Counted from the stretch's first letter, positions 8,720 to 16,459 are shown. The stretch is DNA of 24,000 nucleotides from Haladaptatus sp. DJG-WS-42 (GCF_037198285.1 NZ_CP147243.1:1642422-1666421); one strand, 5' to 3'. Numbers and translations: made by a program. The notes: generated from the letters alone by a model not told the origin.

Positions 8720-10768
8720 ATGCGAGGCTTCCGAGTAAATCACCGAGGTGAAGACGGGTATGGGCGCCGAGGCCAACTCCACGTTCGGAGAGGACCTGTA
8801 GAGACACCCGCACTCTTCCCCGTGATAAACCTCATCGGAGGCAGCACCCTTGCGTCAGGTAGCGGATGGCGACATTTTAGAGATAACATCCTCCACACCG
8901 AAGAACTCCAAGGAACGATGTTTCAGGCTATGAGTTTCTTGGACTATGGTGTCACGGCCAACACACTTCGTCGGTGGCGGCAGCGCACATTTGAGGAGCA
9001 TCTTCAAAACTGGGATGAGTGGGATAAATCTAAACATATCAATTCTCCCATTTTTATCGACTCGGGTGGCTACCGCCTGATGAATTCGGATACGTTCGGT
9101 GAAGCGCCTACAGAGGGTGGTGCTGAGAATGAATGGGGAATTTATACCAATCCGGATAGTGTCCTGAAATTGCAAGTAGATTTTGGCGGGGACATTTTTG
9201 CGACATTAGACTACCCTATTCCCCCAGATCTTAAAGAAGATGAGCAAGATGAGCGGATGGAACGCAGCATTGAGAGCGCTGTTCGTTGTTTAAAACTAAT
9301 AGATGACCCTGACAAGATCGAAATTCTGGAAGATGGGGATGAGAAAACCGTTGAGCGCTTGAAAAATAGAAAAGCAGCTGACGAAGAACCAGCCGTCTTT
9401 GTCGCGATCCATGGCCACGATCATGAGACGATTCATTGGTATGTTTCTGAGTTCTTAGAACGAGCAAAAGAAGAGGGAGTAAGTGACCAGTTCCACGGCT
9501 TTGCTATCGGCTCGTTGGTTCCGCTACGTTCGAAGATTGATGTTCTAGTCGATATCGTCCAGGGTGCCACCGAAGCGATCGGAGACCGAGACGATATCGC
9601 ACTTCACGTATTCGGTATTGGAGGCAAGCAGGCATCCCTATTGTCATTACTTGGGGTTGACACATTTGATTGCTCCAGCCATATGCAATCTGCTCGCTTC
9701 AAAAAATACCTCGTACCGGAAACGTGGGACAACGTAAAACTCAAAGATATTGACAACTATCTGACTAGTGGTGGATGGCCCTGTAACGTACCAGAATGCC
9801 CGTTGTGTAGTAATTCGACAGAATTGATCCCAGATGAGTTCATGAGTTATGTCGATTCTGAGGATGGGATATCTCCTCAGAAATTTAAGGAACTGATATA
9901 CAGAGAAGCGACGTATGGTCAAGATGGGTTCACAAAGGGATGGCTGTACGGCTTGCTTGCCCGTCACAACTTTTCGGTATATAATCGAGAGATGCAGCGT
10001 GTGCGGAACGCAATTGATGAGAATTGGTTGCTCGACTATGTCATTCAGTGGGCTCGCAAAGACGATCAAATTGAGCGTGGACTAAAGCGAGCTCAACTTA
10101 GGAATCCAGAACTTGAAGCAGAGCTGAAATCACGCGAGGCATATGACCTACTTTTAGGCTCTGAAATTGCAACCGACCAAGTGAAACTCTCTGAGTTCGG
10201 TGCCGATTTCCCTGAGGTGGAATCTAACCGGATCTCGCTGAAACATACTCCACGAGATTTCAATATTGCGAACAAGGACTACGATCCACATCGTGACGAT
10301 AGTTCTAATAAAGACATTCTACTGATTATTCCATGTAGCCAGCGAAAGCCCTACTCTGAATCTCGTACACACAAAGCTGTGCTCAACAGACTGGAGCCAG
10401 TGAGAGATCGAATCCATAAAGTTACAATCTCTGGTATGTATGGCCCAGTTCCAGAGACAGAGGAAACAGCAGACGCTGTGCTGGAATACGAATATGTTCT
10501 GGCCAAACAAGATACAGAACAAATTGAACTCGTGACAGAACGCCTGGTTGATTACCTGCGAACTCACGGTGATTCATTCGACACCATTGTCAGCTATGCT
10601 GTGAGTAAGCAGTACCGGCAAGTCATCGAGAAAGCGTTCAGTGAATACGGACGAGGAAGTGTATTCCCAACGGATCCTGAAATGTTAGGATTCAAACAGC
10701 ATTACAAGCGAGAGAATATACGTGAGTTACAAGAATTCCTAAGCGTTCCTGAGCAAGAATTGATTTAA
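8720..10768 (+). CDS. TGT-fold (tRNA-guanine transglycosylase superfamily) enzyme fused to an ArcS-type C-terminal domain, 682 aa
   Basis: The N-terminus is typical of TGTs (RRGPVETPALFPVINL). TGT catalytic-type motifs are IFIDSGGYRL, HGFAIGSLVP and HVFGIGGKQASLLSLLGVDTFDCSS, plus a Cys cluster CNVPECPLC. The C-terminal domain carries PCSQRKPYSESRTH (10331-10372). This matches exactly the PC-X3-KPY-X2-S-X2-H signature reported for archaeosine synthase ArcS. Confidence 0.8.
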   Translation: MRGFRVNHRGEDGYGRRGQLHVRRGPVETPALFPVINLIGGSTLASGSGWRHFRDNILHTEELQGTMFQAMSFLDYGVTANTLRRWRQRTFEEHLQNWDEWDKSKHINSPIFIDSGGYRLMNSDTFGEAPTEGGAENEWGIYTNPDSVLKLQVDFGGDIFATLDYPIPPDLKEDEQDERMERSIESAVRCLKLIDDPDKIEILEDGDEKTVERLKNRKAADEEPAVFVAIHGHDHETIHWYVSEFLERAKEEGVSDQFHGFAIGSLVPLRSKIDVLVDIVQGATEAIGDRDDIALHVFGIGGKQASLLSLLGVDTFDCSSHMQSARFKKYLVPETWDNVKLKDIDNYLTSGGWPCNVPECPLCSNSTELIPDEFMSYVDSEDGISPQKFKELIYREATYGQDGFTKGWLYGLLARHNFSVYNREMQRVRNAIDENWLLDYVIQWARKDDQIERGLKRAQLRNPELEAELKSREAYDLLLGSEIATDQVKLSEFGADFPEVESNRISLKHTPRDFNIANKDYDPHRDDSSNKDILLIIPCSQRKPYSESRTHKAVLNRLEPVRDRIHKVTISGMYGPVPETEETADAVLEYEYVLAKQDTEQIELVTERLVDYLRTHGDSFDTIVSYAVSKQYRQVIEKAFSEYGRGSVFPTDPEMLGFKQHYKRENIRELQEFLSVPEQELI

Positions 10769-10842
10769 TTTAGACTTTGATCTACCTACGACTCAAGTAG
10801 TACTGTCGGAAGAATTAAGACATCTTGGTCTGACTTTCCGTT

Positions 10843-11286
10843 ATGTCGACTCTGCTGGTTCAGTCCTGCTCTAAATCAAAGAATTCACCAGGGAGAGCGG
10901 TTCCTGCGATGGAATTGTATTCTGGATATTACTACAAAATTATCAAAAAAGCGAGAAGAGAAGGGGATCTTAGATCGGATATTGACATCTGTATCCTCTC
11001 CGCAAAATATGGACTAATTGATGCAAACGCAGAGATTACAGAGTACGATCAGAAGATGAATCGGGTGCAGGCTCTCGATTTGCAGGAGGATGTCGAAACA
11101 ACCCTAATCAAGAAATTGAAAGAGAATAATTATAAAAAAGTCGTCATTAATGCAGGTGAAGATTATCGAGTTGCACTTAAAAGATTCATTCAGAATTCTG
11201 ATATTGAAGTCGAGGTATTACACGGTCAGCTCGGAGAACGTGGAAGCGTTCTGAAAAAGATGATTCGTGAATCACAGAACACATAA
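10843..11286 (+). CDS. Small stand-alone paralog of the ArcS-type C-domain (DUF6884/DUF5591-like), 147 aa
   Basis: The motif order is shared with residues about 535-650 of the upstream protein: LLVQSCSKSK vs LLIIPCSQRK, ILSAKYGLI vs ISGMYGPV, and ITEYDQKM vs VLEYEYVL. It lacks the KPY..S..H part of the signature. The domain-family name is from memory and was not searched. Confidence 0.55.
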   Translation: MSTLLVQSCSKSKNSPGRAVPAMELYSGYYYKIIKKARREGDLRSDIDICILSAKYGLIDANAEITEYDQKMNRVQALDLQEDVETTLIKKLKENNYKKVVINAGEDYRVALKRFIQNSDIEVEVLHGQLGERGSVLKKMIRESQNT

Positions 11287-11289
11287 CAA

Positions 11290-12537
11290 ATGCCAGATTT
11301 AACTCAACGCAGCAAGTATGCTGACTTTTCCATAACGTCGACTGCTGGAGAAGCACGCACTGGAGAGTTAGTAGTAGGTGAGAAAAAATTTGAAACACCC
11401 ATGCTCTTCCCTGTCATCAATTTCTATGGTGGTGGGAGAAAAGGGAGCCTATTTGGAGGAAGCACCCACAGAACAGTAAAAGAGCTTATTAATGGGGATG
11501 ACTGCGTCGGCGGCGTTTCTTGCAGCGAATATTTCCCGGGCTCTATGCTTTCAGTTGGGTCGCTAACTGACTATGGAATCAGCGAATCTTTACTGAAGAC
11601 GTATCTGGAGAAACCAATTAGCGAAAGACCGGAATTCTCTGGATTTGAGGGATTGTTATTCGTCGACTCTGGTGGGTTCAAAAATCTCTCACAAGGCGGT
11701 TTAGACGGCTCTGATTTTCAGATGGAACTCAACCAACACCGCGTGTTCGACATGCAACGTCAGCTTGGTGGTGACATCCTCGTCAACCTCGACCTCCCGA
11801 TTACCGAGGATGACACGTATGAAGAACGCATCGAGAAAGCAAAAACAACAGCAGAAAATGCAGTTGAATTTGCTCGGCACACTCAATCATACCCATGTGC
11901 TGCGTATCTTTCTGTCCATGGCTATGATTATTCGATGATCGATACCTTCTTTGAGCAAGTCGAATCCGTGTTTGGTTCTCTCGATTTGACTGAGATATTT
12001 GATGGAATTGCCTTGGGAAGCCTTGTACCAAAAAAGGACAACAAGTCTACTCTCATCGAAGCGATTTCTGGTTGTAAGCAGGTGATGGCTGAACGAGGCT
12101 TTGAGAATCATCCATTACACGTGCTAGGGATCTCCGGGAAATCGATGCCACTGTTAGTTGGGCTGGGCGTAGATAGCTTTGATTCGTCATCCTACATTCA
12201 AGCCGCGATCAATGGAAAATACTACACGTCTTTCTTGGAGACTGAACGCGTTGATGACGTTGATTTGACTAAGTGCGACTGCCCAGTCTGCTCTTCACCC
12301 CTTCTTCGGGAACGGATGAAAGGGAACGCCGAGTATCGAAAGGACCAGATGGGCCCTGTTGCTGTCCATAATATGATTATCCAGCAAAAGGAGTTGTCGA
12401 GAATGCGCAAACTGATTCAGAGCGGTCCGGAAGCCTTCGTGGATTATCTTGGAAACGAACTCGGACGTCACCGGTCAGTCGGACGATATGCCCACGATGT
12501 TGTTAACAAATCATTCGGAGGATACGATGGAATATAA
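11290..12537 (+). CDS. Compact TGT/DpdA-like transglycosylase, 415 aa
   Basis: The N-terminus is ARTGELVVGEKKFETPMLFPVINF. Motifs LFVDSGGFKN, DGIALGSLVP and HVLGISGKSMPLLVGLGVDSFDSSS are present. It has a canonical zinc site CDCPVCS-X-H: Cys codons at 12274, 12280 and 12289, and His at 12367, giving exactly 25 intervening residues as in bacterial TGT C318/C320/C323/H349. It has no PUA or other C-terminal tRNA-binding extension. It starts 3 nt after the previous stop. Confidence 0.8.
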   Translation: MPDLTQRSKYADFSITSTAGEARTGELVVGEKKFETPMLFPVINFYGGGRKGSLFGGSTHRTVKELINGDDCVGGVSCSEYFPGSMLSVGSLTDYGISESLLKTYLEKPISERPEFSGFEGLLFVDSGGFKNLSQGGLDGSDFQMELNQHRVFDMQRQLGGDILVNLDLPITEDDTYEERIEKAKTTAENAVEFARHTQSYPCAAYLSVHGYDYSMIDTFFEQVESVFGSLDLTEIFDGIALGSLVPKKDNKSTLIEAISGCKQVMAERGFENHPLHVLGISGKSMPLLVGLGVDSFDSSSYIQAAINGKYYTSFLETERVDDVDLTKCDCPVCSSPLLRERMKGNAEYRKDQMGPVAVHNMIIQQKELSRMRKLIQSGPEAFVDYLGNELGRHRSVGRYAHDVVNKSFGGYDGI

Positions 12538-14095
12538 ACCAAAAGTCAACGAAATCAACGAATTCCTGGAAATTGCAAGCGACTTTGAGGATCCGTTAGA
12601 ACTAATCAGAGAGTCACTATCCAACTCTTACGATGCCGGTGCAACTGATGTGTTAATCCGGATTCGAACTGGAGCAACTGGATCTGACATTACTATCGAA
12701 GATGATGGCGAAGGCATGAGTCAGCGAGACTTGGAGTCTTTCTTCGACTTAGGTAACTCCAGAAAGACAGATGGGATCGGGTACAAAGGCCACGGGACCA
12801 AAATATTCTACAAAAGCGATGGAATTAAAGTAAATACTAGCAAGAACAAAAAAACGCTTCATGCGGAGATGGAGCAACCTTGGGAGAAGCTCAATAACCG
12901 TGAGTTACCAACCTATTCGGTCACTGAACACGATGCCCCAGCGGAGCGGTCTGGAACACAAATAAAGATTCAAGGGTTCAAGTCTGGGGAAGGGTTTAGC
13001 CCTGAATCACTCACCTACAACAAAATCCACAACTATCTGAAGTGGAAGACGATTGCGGGCTCAACTGGTCACTTCTTCGAAGACGATTCACGAGAAATGA
13101 ACATCACCGTCGATCTCGATTCTGGGATCGATGACACAATGGATGAGCTTCAAACGACGAATCACTTTGAGTTCCCCCGTGAGCAATTGCGCCCTGGCAC
13201 AGGTGACTTCCCAGAGGAGCGAATGTGCAAGCACTATGGCCCAATAGAGCTCGAAGTTCCCTTCGATGGTGGTCATACTACATTAGAGATCGTCGGAATG
13301 GTTGGCGGGAAGGCGGCTCGAAATGAGTTGCCAACATACGGTCGACACTCAACGCAGTTCGGTATCTGGCTTGCAAAAGATCATATCAAAATTGAGCGGC
13401 TCAACGAAGCGATCTCTCACGATAACGAATTCATTCATTTCTTATTCGTTGCAAATTGCCAAGATATCGAACTCTCAGCGAACCGAGGGAAGATTCGAAA
13501 TAAGGCGAGCAAAGTTTACCAGACAATAGAAGAAGAGCTCAACCATTACCTCTCAAAAGTTGCTCGCGACCCATGGTTCAAGGAGTATCTGGAAATTCGA
13601 AAGCGAGCCAGCATTTCTCGACAGGCGCAGACGCATTCAGAATCGGTTTCTCAGAGAAAGGAACGGATTCACTCTCGTAATTCATTTGAGCCCACAAACG
13701 TGGCTGAGGTCCTTTTAGGACTCCAGCATTCGAACCGCTTTGAATCAAACAACACGGTTACGATCGAAGACTACCAGCCAGCAGAAGAGGTTGAGGCAAT
13801 CGTTCGTATTGGAGATGACCTCTTGGGTTCCTCACTGCAACAAGCGGTCGTGGATTTCTTCGACTCTGGAACTCCCCTGGGCTCTACTGAACAAATCATC
13901 GCATGGGAACTCGGGGACCTTGATAAGTTGCGTGAGATTGAACGAAAAGGTTACTTAGACGCTGAAATTGAATGTGACTTCGACAAGCCTGAAGTTCGAT
14001 ATATGCGCAACGGAAAAACCGAGCACATCGATATCCTGCTCGTTAAACCTCGGTTCCACAGAACAGATCAATTGGCCCAGACACTGGCTGAATGA
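12527..14095 (+). CDS. GHKL (HATPase_c / MORC-like) ATPase
   Basis: Bergerat-fold motifs are present: N-box RESLSNSYDAGA, G1 IEDDGEGM and G2 GYKGHGTK. I prefer the ATG at 12527 (MEYKPKVNEINEF). It overlaps the upstream gene by 11 nt. The ORF-track start at 12449 would overlap by 89 nt. Confidence 0.8.
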   Translation: MEYKPKVNEINEFLEIASDFEDPLELIRESLSNSYDAGATDVLIRIRTGATGSDITIEDDGEGMSQRDLESFFDLGNSRKTDGIGYKGHGTKIFYKSDGIKVNTSKNKKTLHAEMEQPWEKLNNRELPTYSVTEHDAPAERSGTQIKIQGFKSGEGFSPESLTYNKIHNYLKWKTIAGSTGHFFEDDSREMNITVDLDSGIDDTMDELQTTNHFEFPREQLRPGTGDFPEERMCKHYGPIELEVPFDGGHTTLEIVGMVGGKAARNELPTYGRHSTQFGIWLAKDHIKIERLNEAISHDNEFIHFLFVANCQDIELSANRGKIRNKASKVYQTIEEELNHYLSKVARDPWFKEYLEIRKRASISRQAQTHSESVSQRKERIHSRNSFEPTNVAEVLLGLQHSNRFESNNTVTIEDYQPAEEVEAIVRIGDDLLGSSLQQAVVDFFDSGTPLGSTEQIIAWELGDLDKLREIERKGYLDAEIECDFDKPEVRYMRNGKTEHIDILLVKPRFHRTDQLAQTLAE

Positions 14096-14097
14096 CG

Positions 14098-15252
14098 CTA
14101 TAATCGCTTAACCCACGGATTATTTTCAGGCTCAAACTCACTCTTTTTCCCCGAATAGGAAGCTGTACTATCATCTAGGATACCTAAGTGGACCAATTGG
14201 CGAGTGAAATTAAATAAGATATTTGACCGAACTAAAGATCTCCACGTGTCTGTATTGTATATCTCTTCTCTCTGATCGTTTCTCAATAATTCCCTCGCAG
14301 TCTCCGTATTGGTCACAAATAGGTTCAGAAATACGTTCGGATACTGTTCGACTACTGTTCGAAGAAGTTCAGTGAAGACGAATTCACGGTTCTGCTGATT
14401 CACAGCCTCTACAAATTGTCTGAAATCTGGGTGCCGCTGATATGCGGTTCGCAGTAGTACTGCTAAGGAAGGAATTTCGTCGATTAAAGGACTATAGTTG
14501 ATGTCCTGCTTTTTTGATGCTAGGTCGTCCAGCGTTTCAATCCCTTCGCCACGGAGAGTACTCTTTGCAAGTTTTCCATGCTCTGAAAGAGAGAAGGTAC
14601 TTTCTCCATCTTTGGAAAGGAACCCACACAAGCTCGCTCCCTTGATAGTATATTTCGCAGTGGACTGGGCAACACCATATTTTTGAATAATTTCGGATTC
14701 AAGTTTGGACCGGCTTGTTAATTCAGAGATTGCCAGTACCGGTGCATATGCATTCAATGGCTGTGTCAAATACAGAGTTGAGACAACAGAGCTACTCCCA
14801 GGATGAGAGAATTGATACTTGACCCGCGACTGAACGTCAGATACCTGAGCCGCGTCTATCTCAGTAGCTGGCTCGTTCCATGAAACTGCCCCTGTGCTCG
14901 TTGTCGAGATTGTCCCTGCGCCATGGCTCAGCAGCACGTCCTCTACTCTTTTTAGATCACTGTGAGGAGCGGCGAGATAGCTCAAATGGGACCCACGTTG
15001 GTACGTTAGAGTTTGGCCGACTCCTTTGAGGAGGTCCTTGCTTCCCTTAACCTCTATTGCAAATACTTGACCTCGACCAGTTTGCCCAATGATATCTGGG
15101 TACCGGCCATCAATCGTTATTGAGTGCGGATTCGCCCGTTTCAGAACGTTACTGTATGTGTTGTAGTGGCTGCCTGGAACATGCACAAGGAAATCCCAAC
15201 CACGAGTAGAAAGTTCGTCTACAACCGTTTCAAAAACATCCGATTCCTCCAT
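14098..15252 (-). CDS. Putative PD-(D/E)xK nuclease-fold protein with a long C-terminal extension, 384 aa
   Basis: The N-terminal region has E13, then YPD53IIG followed by VFAIE67VK69G. The spacing and hydrophobic context are typical of the restriction-endonuclease-like fold. The C-terminal approximately 250 aa are unassigned. The stop codon lies 2 bp from the GHKL gene stop. Confidence 0.55.
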   Translation of the reverse strand: MEESDVFETVVDELSTRGWDFLVHVPGSHYNTYSNVLKRANPHSITIDGRYPDIIGQTGRGQVFAIEVKGSKDLLKGVGQTLTYQRGSHLSYLAAPHSDLKRVEDVLLSHGAGTISTTSTGAVSWNEPATEIDAAQVSDVQSRVKYQFSHPGSSSVVSTLYLTQPLNAYAPVLAISELTSRSKLESEIIQKYGVAQSTAKYTIKGASLCGFLSKDGESTFSLSEHGKLAKSTLRGEGIETLDDLASKKQDINYSPLIDEIPSLAVLLRTAYQRHPDFRQFVEAVNQQNREFVFTELLRTVVEQYPNVFLNLFVTNTETARELLRNDQREEIYNTDTWRSLVRSNILFNFTRQLVHLGILDDSTASYSGKKSEFEPENNPWVKRL

Positions 15253-15430
15253 AGATACTACAGTTAATTTTCAGTGTAAAATAGGTGATCCCATAACCAC
15301 AGTCGGCAAGTGATGAAGGAACTTGTGAGCGAAGAAGGAACCGAAAAGCGTCGTGAGGGTGACGTCAACGGCCTCTACCCATCGGGGCAACCACGTGGTT
15401 TTCAACTTTCTTATCCAAAGAAACAGAACT

Positions 15431-16438
15431 TCAGATGTTGTCGAGAAATCCCCTCCGTTGTTCCATCTTATCGCGCTCTCCTCGCTGATCGTAATGCTTC
15501 TCAATCACGTCTGGACTCACATTCGCCCGGTCGCTGACCACGCGCTCTGGTACATCTTCGGACAGCCAGTACGTAATCGCGCCGCGCCGCACGTGTGGTG
15601 AGCGGCTTGATGGACACCGAGACACTGAATTACGATTCGTCGCCTCACACGTCTCGACGTCTCTGTCGTGCGGACATCCATCGGTGTAGAAGCACGGACG
15701 GGTCACCTCGTAGATGATGTGTTGAATGGTACTGTGGTGGAGTCGCCCTTGCTTCGATGCCAGCAGTGGCTCTCGTCCGGCATCGTCGGTTACGTCGGGA
15801 CGCTGGTCGGCCAGCCAGTCATCCAGCAACTCACACATCTCGTCCGAAAGCGCGACGTAACGCTCCCCTGACTCCTGGTTGTTCAGGGGAATTCCCGTGT
15901 CCTTCCGGTGGACAGTCTGGATGTACTGCTCCTCCGAGTCGTAGTCGTGAACGTCGAGTGCGTACATCGCCCCGCGGCGCATCGCTGTCCGCCACGCAAG
16001 TGTCAGGATGACGTGCCGGACCGAGGCGTATCGGTACATCTCAAGATACGTGAGTACTTGCTCGGCTCGCTCGGCGTCGAGCATCTCGGTTCGCACGGCG
16101 TCGCTCGCCGAGAGGATTGGCAGTTGGACCTTCGTGTGGAGGTCGGGGTCGACTGCATCGATGGATTCGAGGAACTTGATAAACACGCGGATGGTGACCA
16201 TCTGGGTCTTCTCGGAGACTTTGGACAGATCTCCGTCGTTTCTCCGCCAGATGCGGTACTCGTAGAGCGTCCGTCCGGTGAGATTGTTCAGGTTCTCGAT
16301 GTTCTGGTCGTGACACCATCCAACGAAGTACCGAAGTCGGGAGCGGTGTGACTGCAGGGTCTGGACGGCGACTTCGTTCCGGCGATGGTCGAGATACAGT
16401 TCGAGTGCGCGCTCGGGTGCGATTGGTTCGAGTGTCAT
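15431..16438 (-). CDS. Tyrosine recombinase / phage-type integrase (XerC/D-like), 335 aa
   Basis: It has an N-terminal SAM-like core-binding region (LELYLDHRRNEVAVQTLQSHRSRLRYF). The catalytic motifs are AWRTAMRRGAMYALDVHD (Arg), SPHVRRGAITYW (H-x-x-R) and VIEKHY (Tyr). It is GC-rich, unlike the adjacent island. Confidence 0.9.
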   Translation of the reverse strand: MTLEPIAPERALELYLDHRRNEVAVQTLQSHRSRLRYFVGWCHDQNIENLNNLTGRTLYEYRIWRRNDGDLSKVSEKTQMVTIRVFIKFLESIDAVDPDLHTKVQLPILSASDAVRTEMLDAERAEQVLTYLEMYRYASVRHVILTLAWRTAMRRGAMYALDVHDYDSEEQYIQTVHRKDTGIPLNNQESGERYVALSDEMCELLDDWLADQRPDVTDDAGREPLLASKQGRLHHSTIQHIIYEVTRPCFYTDGCPHDRDVETCEATNRNSVSRCPSSRSPHVRRGAITYWLSEDVPERVVSDRANVSPDVIEKHYDQRGERDKMEQRRGFLDNI

Positions 16439-16440
16439 AG

Positions 16441-16459
16441 TCGCATCGTGTCGATGCGA
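16441..16459. repeat. Perfect 8-bp inverted repeat TCGCATCG-TGT-CGATGCGA
   Basis: I read this directly from the sequence. It starts 3 nt upstream of the integrase ATG (16438-16436). Its function is unknown. Confidence 0.85.

Noticed and set aside
12449-12526. Upstream start (METNSDVT...) for the GHKL ATPase
   Set aside because: It would overlap the TGT gene by 89 nt. The ATG at 12527 gives a compact 11-nt overlap and begins just before the conserved ATPase N-terminus. The upstream start is not excluded.
8720-12537. Reading the two TGT-fold genes as the ordinary housekeeping tgtA/arcS pair for tRNA archaeosine
   Set aside because: I consider this less likely for four reasons:
- The composition is atypical, low GC.
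- The 415-aa protein has no PUA or C-terminal tRNA-binding domains.
- There is an extra degenerate domain paralog.
- The genes are tightly linked to a GHKL ATPase, a nuclease-fold gene, a PglZ operon and an integrase.

This reading still needs a phylogeny and a check for other copies in the genome.
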